Shown here: piece by piece, positions 47,621-56,180 of the stretch
Numbering within the stretch: position 1 is the first letter of the stretch
Layout of the letters: each line of letters starts with the position of its first letter
Assembly (NCBI GenBank): GCA_029781045.1
Contig: JAKOXL010000024.1
Span: 23,210 to 87,209 of the forward strand
Length of the DNA stretch: 64,000 bases
Direction of reading: 5' to 3'
Source: Bacillota bacterium
Lineage (GTDB): Bacteria; Bacillota; UBA994; UBA5500
The notes under the pieces: model-generated
Database searches by the model: none
The model's input: only the letters and a program-made list of their open reading frames with translations
Told to the model about the DNA's origin: nothing
Position numbers and translations under genes: made by a program

Positions 47621-47659
47621 ACTTGTGCCTTTTTTGCTGAGAGGGAAGGTTGGAGTGAG

Positions 47660-48466
47660 ATGCGATATGTAGTCAAAATCGGTAGTAGTTCCTTGACCCA
47701 TCCTGATGGCTCCCTGGCTACCGAAAGGATGCTGCCCTATGTGTCGGGGTTGGCCCAGTTACGTCTGGATGGTCAACAGGTGGTATTAGTCACCTCTGGT
47801 GCTGTGGCAGCTGGCTATCGACTGGCGGGTTTTTCTCAGCGTCCTCAAGCTTTGGTAGAGAAACAGGCGGCAGCAGCTGTTGGCCAGAGCCAACTGATAC
47901 AAGCCTATCATCAATTCTTGGCCCCATACGGGCTAAAGGTGGCCCAGTTACTGCTAACTGCCGGCGACCTCCAAGATAGGGAGCGGCGGCAGAACGCGGT
48001 GAACGTGCTGAACTACCTATTAGAGCAACCTATCATACCCATCATCAATGAAAACGATACGGTGGCGGTGGAAGAGTTGACCTTCGGCGATAACGATCAG
48101 CTCTCGGCCCTGGTGGCAGAGGTCATCGGAGCGCAAGCGCTGGTCATTATTACGGATACCGACGGTCTATATGATCAGAACCCAAACCAGTGTGTTACTG
48201 CTAAGCGCATCAAGCGGGTGCCAATCTGGGACGATAACCTTCTTACTCTGGCCAGTGGAAGCAGTGCAGTTGGAACTGGTGGTATGTACAGTAAGCTGCT
48301 GGCCGTATCCAAGGTGATGGACTGGGGAGGGGCTTGTTTTATTGGAAGGGCACGGACCGCCAGCGAGTTTCTAGCCATTTATTCTGGCCATGGCCAGGGC
48401 ACCTATTTTGGTACCGTAGAACAGGTGGAGCAGTTCTTTAACAATGCAGGTTTCGGGGCCTACTGA
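47660..48466 (+). CDS. proB: Glutamate 5-kinase, short form without a PUA domain
   Basis: MRYVVKIGSSSLT...VLVTSGAVAAG...INENDTV motifs. Start re-set downstream of the T-box terminator. Confidence 0.85.
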   Translation: MRYVVKIGSSSLTHPDGSLATERMLPYVSGLAQLRLDGQQVVLVTSGAVAAGYRLAGFSQRPQALVEKQAAAAVGQSQLIQAYHQFLAPYGLKVAQLLLTAGDLQDRERRQNAVNVLNYLLEQPIIPIINENDTVAVEELTFGDNDQLSALVAEVIGAQALVIITDTDGLYDQNPNQCVTAKRIKRVPIWDDNLLTLASGSSAVGTGGMYSKLLAVSKVMDWGGACFIGRARTASEFLAIYSGHGQGTYFGTVEQVEQFFNNAGFGAY

Positions 48467-48493
48467 CCCCTTGGTGTAAAGGAGGAGCAAAGG

Positions 48494-49741
48494 ATGGACT
48501 TGACAGTGAGAGAGCAGGCCCGACGGGCTCAGGCAGCTGCTCCTAGTTTACAACAGACCAGTGCTGAGAGTCGCAAGCAGCTCTTGCTGGCCTTAGGGTT
48601 TGCTCTGCGTCAACAACAAGCAGAGATTCTAGCAGTTAATGAGGAGGAAGTGAAAGAGCAGGCCGGACAGGGCCTGTCACCCGCCTTGCTCGATAGGCTG
48701 AAGCTTAATCCAGAGCGCATGGCCAGTATGGTTGACGGTATAGAACAGATTGCCAATGCACCTGATGTCCTCGGCGAGACGATCACCAGCTGGCAGCAGC
48801 CCAATGGACTCCACATACGCCAAGTGCGGGTGCCCTTGGGGGTCATTGGCATCATTTACGAGGCTCGCCCCAATGTCACCGTAGATGCGGCAGCCCTAGC
48901 TCTAAAAAGTGGTAACGCTGTGCTGTTGCGGGGTAGCCGTATGGCAGCAAAGACCAACGCACGGCTCGTAGCAACCATAACCGAAACCCTACAGGAACAT
49001 GGTTTGCCTAGTGATTTGGTGCAGATGGTGCAAGATACCAGTCGACAGTCGGTAAAGGAAATGGCCCAAGCTCGGGGCCTGATTGACCTGATTGTGCCCC
49101 GAGGCGGTGCCGACCTGATTAGAACAGTGATAGAGATAGCTACGGTACCCGTTTTGGAAACGGGAGTAGGCAATTGTCATCTCTTTATTGATGCCTCAGC
49201 TCCCCTAGATATGGCGGTGGCTTTGGCTCTTAATGCCAAATGCAGTCGGCCTGCAGTCTGCAATGCCATAGAGACCATTCTGCTGCACCAAAATTGGGCA
49301 GAACAGCATTTTGCTCAACTGGCTCGGGCACTGGAGGAAGCAGGGGTTGAATTAAGGCTCTGTCCCCGATTGGCCCAGTACGCCCCTAATCACAAGCTGG
49401 CGAGCGAAGAGGATTGGGCCACCGAGTATCTGGATCTCATCGTGGCTATCAAGCAGGTGGCCGATGTGGAGGAAGCAATCGAGCATATTCAACGTTATGG
49501 TACTCGTCATTCGGAGGGTATTGTCTCACTGGATGAGAAGAATGTGGCTCGCTTCTTTGCCGCTGTGGATGCGGCTTGCTTGTATCACAATGCTTCTACC
49601 CGTTTCAGTGATGGCTACGCCCTGGGGTTAGGAGCCGAAATCGGTATCAGCACGCAAAAGCTACATGCCCGTGGGCCTACGGGCGTGATCGGGCTTACCA
49701 CTTACAAGTACCTAGTCGATGGCGCCGGCCATATCCGCTAG
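48494..49741 (+). CDS. proA: Gamma-glutamyl phosphate reductase
   Basis: Aldehyde dehydrogenase fold, with catalytic Cys in ...GNCHLFIDASA... hmm context (VGNCHL), and its position after proB. Confidence 0.9.
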   Translation: MDLTVREQARRAQAAAPSLQQTSAESRKQLLLALGFALRQQQAEILAVNEEEVKEQAGQGLSPALLDRLKLNPERMASMVDGIEQIANAPDVLGETITSWQQPNGLHIRQVRVPLGVIGIIYEARPNVTVDAAALALKSGNAVLLRGSRMAAKTNARLVATITETLQEHGLPSDLVQMVQDTSRQSVKEMAQARGLIDLIVPRGGADLIRTVIEIATVPVLETGVGNCHLFIDASAPLDMAVALALNAKCSRPAVCNAIETILLHQNWAEQHFAQLARALEEAGVELRLCPRLAQYAPNHKLASEEDWATEYLDLIVAIKQVADVEEAIEHIQRYGTRHSEGIVSLDEKNVARFFAAVDAACLYHNASTRFSDGYALGLGAEIGISTQKLHARGPTGVIGLTTYKYLVDGAGHIR

Positions 49742-49770
49742 TTGTGCTTGGGAAGGAGGAAGAATGCAGC

Positions 49771-50607
49771 ATGAACAAGGACAGTCTGATCTACTTCCTT
49801 GGTGGAGGGGCTATGGCGGAAGCGCTAATAAAAGGATTACTAGAGAAGAAGGTGATGTCTCCTGAGCAAATCGGGGTTACCGACATCCGTCCCGATCGTT
49901 GCCATGAGCTGAGGGAGAAGTACGCCATTATAACCGAGTATCCTCAAAAGGCAGAGCATCTTATGAAGGCAGATATAGTGGTTTTAGCCTTTAAGCCGAA
50001 GGATTTGGATTCAGCCATGGACGCTTATGGTAGAGACTTGCGTAGCAAGCAGTTGGTGATTTCCGTATTGGCCGGAGTAACTACGCAACGTCTGGAAGAG
50101 CTCTTGCCAGCAGGAACGCCTTTGGTGCGAGCCATGCCCAACACGGCAGCTGCCGTGGGCCTAAGTGCCACCGCTATCTGTGGTGGCAAACAGGCGCAAG
50201 AAGCACACTTGGCAGCGGCGGAGGCTCTCTTTGCGGCTACGGGAATAGTGCAACGGGTGGCGGAGCCGCTTATGGATGCGGTTACAGGCCTTTCGGGTAG
50301 CGGCCCAGCTTACGTCTATCTGTTGGCCGAAGCTATGCTGGCAGGCGGAGTTGCGGCAGGTTTGGACCTTAACACGGCACGCGCGTTGACGGAGCAAACC
50401 TTACTCGGGGCAGCTCACATGCTACAGGCTAGTAGGCGTCCGCCAGAGGAACTAAGAAAGCAGGTGAGCAGTCCGGGCGGTACCACTCTAGCAGGGCTGG
50501 AAGCGTTGGCAGAATACCACTTTGCGGAAGCAGTACAAGAAGCGATTCTGCGGGCGACCAGGCGCTCACAGACCCTTTCGAAAATAGTTACCACTGGAAC
50601 TAATTAG
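49771..50607 (+). CDS. proC: Pyrroline-5-carboxylate reductase
   Basis: IYFLGGGAMAEALIKGL Rossmann motif; P5CR family C-terminus. Confidence 0.85.
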   Translation: MNKDSLIYFLGGGAMAEALIKGLLEKKVMSPEQIGVTDIRPDRCHELREKYAIITEYPQKAEHLMKADIVVLAFKPKDLDSAMDAYGRDLRSKQLVISVLAGVTTQRLEELLPAGTPLVRAMPNTAAAVGLSATAICGGKQAQEAHLAAAEALFAATGIVQRVAEPLMDAVTGLSGSGPAYVYLLAEAMLAGGVAAGLDLNTARALTEQTLLGAAHMLQASRRPPEELRKQVSSPGGTTLAGLEALAEYHFAEAVQEAILRATRRSQTLSKIVTTGTN

Positions 50608-50697
50608 TTGGCAGGTTTCTGTGGACTCAATCTAGAAGTGTTACATGGTTGGACCGAATTGAGTCCGCCAGCTAATCATCAAATGGAGGGATTGCCG

Positions 50698-51903
50698 ATG
50701 AGATTTTCCCTTTATGAGGTAATTGCCGGTTTGCATGCCAATAATCAGGATAGGGAGACGGCTAGTTTCATAAGGGAGCTGGAAGCCCTATTAGGACAGT
50801 CGCTCCCCATTACGAAACTGGAGGACTTAGAGCAGGAGGAGCTACCTCTAGTTTTCATCCGCTCAGGTGGTACGGAGGGCCTCTTTCAACAGGTTTATGA
50901 GCAGTTGCCTGAGCCCTATCTCCTGTTGACAACGGGGCGGCAAAACTCGTTAGCCGCTTCCTTGGAGATTCTGACCTTCTTACAGCAGCAAGGCAAACGG
51001 GCAGAGGTACTCCACGGCTCCCCCTCTGCCATTGCCGAGAGATTACAGCAGATTGCCCGTATAGAGAAGGCCTGGAAGAAGCTGAAGGGCCTACGAGTAG
51101 GCTTGATCGGTCGCCCGTCCGACTGGTTGATTGCTAGTGATGTGGCCCCAGAGGTTGCCTATGAACGCCTGGGTGTTCACCTCATCCCCATTGACATGAC
51201 GGAACTGGAGCAAGCTATTGACGGGGTAGCAGGAGTTCCTCAGGAACTGTTGGATTCTTTTGCCCACCCGGATCCGGCAGTGATGGCGGGCGCTCTGCGT
51301 ATCTATCTGGCTTTGCAATCGTTGGTAGAGAAACATCAGCTGGGTGCCTTAACGGTACGCTGTTTTGACCTACTCCAGCCCTATCAGAATACGGGCTGCA
51401 TCGGTGTGGCATTGCTTAACGATGCCGGTATTACGGCCGGTTGTGAAGGCGATGTACCTTCGCTGCTTTCCATGGTGATTCTGCAAGCTCTGACGGAGGA
51501 GCCGGTGTTCATGGCTAACCCTTCGGAGTTGGATGTGGAGAAGAACCAGCTCATTGTGGCTCATTGCACCGTGCCGCTGAGCATTACGGAAGACTATACT
51601 CTGCACACCCATTTTGAGTCGGATCTGGGTGTGGGGGTGCGGGGCAAGATTCGTCCCGGACGCTGCACCGTGTTCAAATTGAGTAGCGACTGCAGCAAGT
51701 TTTTTGTTTCCGCAGGAGAAATCCTCGAGAATTTGGAGCGTCCAAACCTCTGCCGCACCCAGTTGCGCATAACCCTAGATGAAGATGTCAACTATTTCTT
51801 GACCCGTCCGCTGGGGAACCATCATCTGATCAGCCGCGGCGACCATTCTGCCTTGATACAACAGTTCCTTCAAACTCTGGGACTACGTAATGTTCTGCAA
51901 TAA
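50698..51903 (+). CDS. Protein of unknown function, possibly of the L-fucose/L-arabinose isomerase superfamily (weak call)
   Basis: ~400 aa. GCEGDVPSLLSMVILQAL resembles the CEGD metal-site segment of FucI-like isomerases. No other support. Confidence 0.3.
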   Translation: MRFSLYEVIAGLHANNQDRETASFIRELEALLGQSLPITKLEDLEQEELPLVFIRSGGTEGLFQQVYEQLPEPYLLLTTGRQNSLAASLEILTFLQQQGKRAEVLHGSPSAIAERLQQIARIEKAWKKLKGLRVGLIGRPSDWLIASDVAPEVAYERLGVHLIPIDMTELEQAIDGVAGVPQELLDSFAHPDPAVMAGALRIYLALQSLVEKHQLGALTVRCFDLLQPYQNTGCIGVALLNDAGITAGCEGDVPSLLSMVILQALTEEPVFMANPSELDVEKNQLIVAHCTVPLSITEDYTLHTHFESDLGVGVRGKIRPGRCTVFKLSSDCSKFFVSAGEILENLERPNLCRTQLRITLDEDVNYFLTRPLGNHHLISRGDHSALIQQFLQTLGLRNVLQ

Positions 51904-51912
51904 AGACATTGA

Positions 51913-51950
51913 AAGGCTGCACCTTGATTAGGAAGGTGCAGCCTTCTTAT
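51913..51950. terminator. Bidirectional rho-independent terminator between the proBAC-associated gene and rocA
   Basis: AAGGCTGCACCTT-gattagg-AAGGTGCAGCCTT perfect 13-bp stem. Confidence 0.75.
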
Positions 51951-51961
51951 TCCGCGACCAA

Positions 51962-53503
51962 TTAGAGTTTCTCGCTAATACTCTTAGCTTGCATAAACAG
52001 TTGCACATAGTCGGGTCCGCCGGCCTTGCTGTCAGTGCCGCTCATATTGAACCCGCCGAAGGGGTGGACTCCCACTAAAGCACCGGTGCAGTGCCGATTC
52101 AGATACAGGTTACCCACATGGAACTCAGCCTTGGCCTTCTCTAAATGCTTCCTATTCAGGCTATAAACCGAACCGGTAAGGCCATAAATGGTGTTGTTGG
52201 CGATGGCTAGAGCTTCGTCGAAGTTGGCAGCTCGGATGAAGGCCAAAACGGGGCCAAAAATCTCTTCCTGAGCCAGCCGTGCATCAGGCCTGACATCGGC
52301 GAAAATGGTGGGCTTGATATAGTAACCCTGTCGGTCGTCATACTCGCCGCCCAGGACTAATCGGCCTTCATGGCCGCACTCCCTAATATAGGAAGTGATT
52401 TTGGCAAAGGCCGCTGCATCAATCACTGCTCCCACCGCATAGTTTTCAGCAGCAGGACCAATAGCCAATTGCTTGGTTAGCTCAACTACCCTTGCCAGCA
52501 CCTGATCATAGATGGAATCAACGACGATGGCTCGAGAACAAGCCGAGCATTTTTGTCCCTGGAAGCCGAAGGCTGATTTAACAATGCCTTGGGCCGCCGC
52601 TTCCAGGTCGGCGCTTTCATCGACGATAATGGCGTCTTTGCCACCCATCTCAGCCACGACGCGTTTGATCCAGATCTGCCCCGGCTGGGTGACGGCCGCC
52701 TGCTGGTTGATACGTAAGCCAACAGCCATGGAGCCGGTGAAGTTGACGAAACGGGTACGGGGATGGCTGACCAAATACTCCCCTATTTCGCTACCACTGC
52801 CCGGCAAGTAGGTTACTACGCCTGCTGGCAAGTAGATTTCCCTTAGCAACTCATGGAACTTGGCTCCGATGACGGCAGCCGTATTGGCTGGCTTGATGAT
52901 CACCGTATTACCAGCTACAATGGCCGCTGTTGTCATACCCACCAGAATGGCGAAGGGGAAGTTCCAAGGGGAGATGGCTAGCCCGACGCCAAGTGGAATG
53001 TAGGTGAAGCTGTTGCGCTCTCCGGGTAGTGGCGTGGGCGTTCTGCCGGCACTCAGTTCCAGAGCTTGCCGAGCATAGTATTCACAGAAATCGATGGCTT
53101 CCGCCACGTCCGCATCGGCTTCAACCCAGTTCTTGCCCACTTCTAGAATTAGCCAAGCCGTCAGTTCCGCTTTCCGGCGGCGGATGGTGGCGGCCAGCTT
53201 GAACAGGTAATCGGCTCTCACTTGCATGGGTAGACTGCTCCAGCTAGCGAAAGCTTTCCAAGCCGTCTCCATTGCCAGTTCGGCATGTTCGGCGGCTCCT
53301 TGCGATACGAAGCCGATTACTTCTTGGTGGTTACAGGGATTAAGGGAAGCGAAGGTGCGCTCTGTGGTGATTGCTTGCTCACCGATCATTAAAGGGTAAG
53401 TCTGCCCCAGCTGGCACTTTACTTGGGCAATGGCTGTTTCCAGAACTTTACGGTTCTCCGCCAAGGAGAAGTCGGTTAACGGTTCGTTGCGAAAGGGAAT
53501 CAA
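51962..53503 (-). CDS. rocA: 1-pyrroline-5-carboxylate (L-glutamate gamma-semialdehyde) dehydrogenase
   Basis: [12 protein letters not shown]... N-terminus and ALDH-family catalytic region ([11 protein letters not shown]) closely match RocA/PutC. Confidence 0.85.
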   Translation of the reverse strand: MIPFRNEPLTDFSLAENRKVLETAIAQVKCQLGQTYPLMIGEQAITTERTFASLNPCNHQEVIGFVSQGAAEHAELAMETAWKAFASWSSLPMQVRADYLFKLAATIRRRKAELTAWLILEVGKNWVEADADVAEAIDFCEYYARQALELSAGRTPTPLPGERNSFTYIPLGVGLAISPWNFPFAILVGMTTAAIVAGNTVIIKPANTAAVIGAKFHELLREIYLPAGVVTYLPGSGSEIGEYLVSHPRTRFVNFTGSMAVGLRINQQAAVTQPGQIWIKRVVAEMGGKDAIIVDESADLEAAAQGIVKSAFGFQGQKCSACSRAIVVDSIYDQVLARVVELTKQLAIGPAAENYAVGAVIDAAAFAKITSYIRECGHEGRLVLGGEYDDRQGYYIKPTIFADVRPDARLAQEEIFGPVLAFIRAANFDEALAIANNTIYGLTGSVYSLNRKHLEKAKAEFHVGNLYLNRHCTGALVGVHPFGGFNMSGTDSKAGGPDYVQLFMQAKSISEKL

Positions 53504-53684
53504 TTGCTCAACCTCCTTCAGGAAAAGTTTAATTTATCTCATTATCTTCTACACCCATCTTCCTATTCCTACTTACCACAAGAATAAGTTATTTATGAAA
53601 TAGCTACTTTCAGAACTGACTTGTAGTGATCAGTAGGGTCTAGTACTATCGTATGTACAAAAACAGTGAGCAGGAGGGAGATTT

Positions 53685-54254
53685 TTGCAGAGGATTAAAA
53701 GGCAAGCCGTGGTTTTGCTCTGCGCGTTACTTTTCATAATGGCTTTCGGGTGCCAAGACAGGGGTCCAGAAGAAGAGCAGCCCCAGTTCTTGCTGGTGCC
53801 GGAAGGTCGCTTTCTGCCTATTGCTGAAAGACCTAAGATCATACCCTTTGATGGAATCGATCTCTCTACTGGTGAGCAAGTTGCCCTTACAGTGGCTGGG
53901 GAAGGGCGAGTCCGTATGCTCTCCTTCTTTTCTTCTGGCTGACAAGCCTGCATTATAGAGTTGCTGCAGTTGCAGCCGGAACTAGCTGCTTTGAAAGAAC
54001 AAGGCGTTGATCTATATGTAATAGCAATTGGTAGCGAGAAAGACTTGTCCTGGTTCTTTAACGAAGTTCAGCTGGAAGCGACTATTATCCATGACACCGA
54101 TTTTTCCATCTTCCAGAAGTACTCCGTTGTTGCTTTGCCTTCCCTGTTGTTGATCGACAAGGAGGGGAGAGTGGCCTTCAACTTGGTGGGCTGGGGTTTA
54201 GAGGCTTTCACTGAGCAGATACAGCCTCTACTTACGGATTTGCTGGCTGAGTAG
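53685..54254 (+). CDS. TlpA/ResA-family thioredoxin-like lipoprotein with an in-frame UGA at 53940-53942 in the redox motif (G-U-Q-A-C); a candidate selenoprotein
   Basis: ORFs 53685-53942 and 53961-54254 are in the same frame, separated only by TGA. Read through, they give lipoprotein signal (LLCALLFIMAFGC)...IPFDGIDLSTGEQVALTVAGEGRVRMLSFFSSG-U-QACIIELLQLQPELAALKEQGVDLYVIAIG...VVALPSLLLIDKEGRV, a complete TlpA-like thioredoxin fold with TGA exactly at the first Cys of CxxC. Confidence 0.6.
53959..53983 (+). promoter_or_regulatory. Candidate bacterial SECIS hairpin 17 nt downstream of the UGA
   Basis: AGUU-GCUGC-[AGUU]-GCAGC-(CGG bulge)-AACU interrupted stem-loop with G and U in the apical tetraloop. 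Confidence 0.4.
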
Positions 54255-54269
54255 AGAAGGGGGATTGTT

Positions 54270-54404
54270 ATGAGGGAGAGGGCGGGGAAGGCCCTGTTGT
54301 TAGTTGGCTTGGCCACAATGATCTTGGGACTGTGGCGAGAGGAGGCGCTTTTGGTGCTAGAGAAAGCCATTATTATCTGTTTACAGTGTATTGGTATTGG
54401 CTAG
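54270..54404 (+). CDS. Unannotated 44-aa ORF: a single-TM peptide with a C-terminal CxxC
   Basis: MRERAGKALLLVGLATMILGLWREEALLVLEKAIIICLQCIGIG. AAGGGGGA RBS 6 nt upstream. Its stop abuts the GTG start of the next gene. Confidence 0.3.
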   Translation: MRERAGKALLLVGLATMILGLWREEALLVLEKAIIICLQCIGIG

Positions 54405-55277
54405 GTGTGGGATGCCATGTACAGACGTAGATTAAGTCAAATTCTGGCAACGGTTGCTAGTAATAGTTATCTGCCTGGATGGTTAAAAGGTAGGATATAT
54501 CAGGGAAAACTGAAGATGATATGCGTTCCTTTCCTCAACTGCTATTCCTGTCCTGGCGCTATTGGTTCCTGCCCGGTTGGGGCCTTTCAGTCACTGGCGG
54601 CCGGGTATGGCCGTACTATTTCGCTCTACATCAGTGGCTTTCTGCTAGCCGTGGGCGCACTCGGAGGGCGTTTTGTCTGTGGCTGGCTCTGTCCTTTTGG
54701 TCTGGTACAAGAGCTGTGCTACGGCGGGAAGGGTAGGCTGCGTCAGCTGCCACCTCTCGTGGAGAAACTGAAGTTTTTGGTGTTGGGGCTGACTGTGGCT
54801 TTACCCTTTGTCTGGCGTGATCCGACCGGGCTGGCGGAACCCTACTTTTGTAAATTTGCTTGCCCTGCTGGCACTTTCCAAGCCGGCCTACCGCTGGTGT
54901 CTCTAAGCCCCGCACTACAGGGTCTAGTGGGCTGGCTGTTCAGTTGGAAGCTGGCGGTGTTGCTCTTGGTGCTAATGGCGGCCCATTACTACTGGCGCCC
55001 CTTTTGTCGCGTTCTGTGCCCTCTGGGGGCCTTCTATGGACTGCTTAATCGCTGGAGCATCTGGCAGCTTCGCTTAAATCGCCATCGCTGCACCGACTGT
55101 GGAGCCTGTGCCCGTCAGTGCCAAGCTTGTTTAAACCCCAGGCTTGAATCTAATAGTAGCGCTTGTATCCGTTGTCTAGAGTGTGTCAGTGTCTGCCCCA
55201 CGCGGGCTCTGAGCTTCGCTAATCACACAGTGAACAGTCAAAGATTTACTTCTAAAGGAAACACAGTAGGGAAATAG
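54405..55277 (+). CDS. NapH/MauN/FixG-like membrane polyferredoxin (two CxxxCP[FL]G membrane motifs plus two 4Fe-4S CxxCxxCxxxC motifs)
   Basis: CGWLCPFG and CRVLCPLG in TM regions; CTDCGACARQC and CIRCLECVSVCP ferredoxin motifs near the C-terminus; a CYSCPGAIGSCP N-terminal motif. Confidence 0.55.
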   Translation: MWDAMYRRRLSQILATVASNSYLPGWLKGRIYQGKLKMICVPFLNCYSCPGAIGSCPVGAFQSLAAGYGRTISLYISGFLLAVGALGGRFVCGWLCPFGLVQELCYGGKGRLRQLPPLVEKLKFLVLGLTVALPFVWRDPTGLAEPYFCKFACPAGTFQAGLPLVSLSPALQGLVGWLFSWKLAVLLLVLMAAHYYWRPFCRVLCPLGAFYGLLNRWSIWQLRLNRHRCTDCGACARQCQACLNPRLESNSSACIRCLECVSVCPTRALSFANHTVNSQRFTSKGNTVGK

Positions 55278-55376
55278 TATATAATAATTATGAATTAGCA
55301 TAGCATAATTGAATAGTAACCCAGCGGGTGTGTAAAGGAGGGGAAGCCCATAGGAGGCGAAGATACTCGCACAAAA

Positions 55377-56180
55377 GTGTACGTAGTTTCCGACGCCCTA
55401 GGTGAGACGGCCGAATTTGTGGTACGAGCGGCCGCCAGTCAGTTCTCCAGTACACAAATGGAAATTGTGCGCATGCCCTATGTGAACAATAGGCAATATG
55501 TGAGGGAAATTGTGACTAAGGCTGCACAAGACCGTAGTATTCTGGCCTACACATTGGTGGTTGATGAGCTACGAGAAGAAATGATTGCTGCCACCAATGA
55601 GCTGGGGGTGCCTACCATAGACATTTTGGGACCAGTGCTCAAGACCATGTCGGCGGTGACCCGGGAGAAGCCCCTCATGCGGGCTGGTTTACTGCGCCGC
55701 ATGGACGAAGAATACTTCCGTAAAGTGGAAGCGGTCGAGTTCGCCGTGAAGTATGACGACGGGAAAGACCCTCATGGCCTAATGGCAGCCGACATGGTGC
55801 TGATTGGTGTCTCCCGCACCTCAAAGACGCCAGTCTGTATGTACTTAGCTCACAAGGGTGTCAAGGCGGCTAACGTACCCTTGGTACCCGAGGTAAAACT
55901 GCCCGAGGAGCTTTTTGCTCTTCCTCCCGGTCGTATTGTGGGGCTGACCATCAATCCCAGCTTCCTCAATGAAATCCGCTTGGAGAGGTTAAAAACCTTG
56001 GGGCTTACGGCCAATGCGGAGTATGCCAGTCTAGCACGTATCCTCGCCGAGTTGGACTATGCGGAAGGGGTAATGAGAAAACTGGGCTGCCCAGTGATCG
56101 ATGTGACCAATCGGGCAGTGGAGGAAACGGCCACCAAAGTATTAGAGATTTATTACAGGAGGGAAAGGCATGCCAAGTAG
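55377..56180 (+). CDS. Pyruvate, phosphate dikinase regulatory protein (PDRP, DUF299 kinase/phosphotransferase)
   Basis: YVVSDALGETAEF N-terminus and the GVSRTSKTP P-loop. Confidence 0.85.
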   Translation: MYVVSDALGETAEFVVRAAASQFSSTQMEIVRMPYVNNRQYVREIVTKAAQDRSILAYTLVVDELREEMIAATNELGVPTIDILGPVLKTMSAVTREKPLMRAGLLRRMDEEYFRKVEAVEFAVKYDDGKDPHGLMAADMVLIGVSRTSKTPVCMYLAHKGVKAANVPLVPEVKLPEELFALPPGRIVGLTINPSFLNEIRLERLKTLGLTANAEYASLARILAELDYAEGVMRKLGCPVIDVTNRAVEETATKVLEIYYRRERHAK

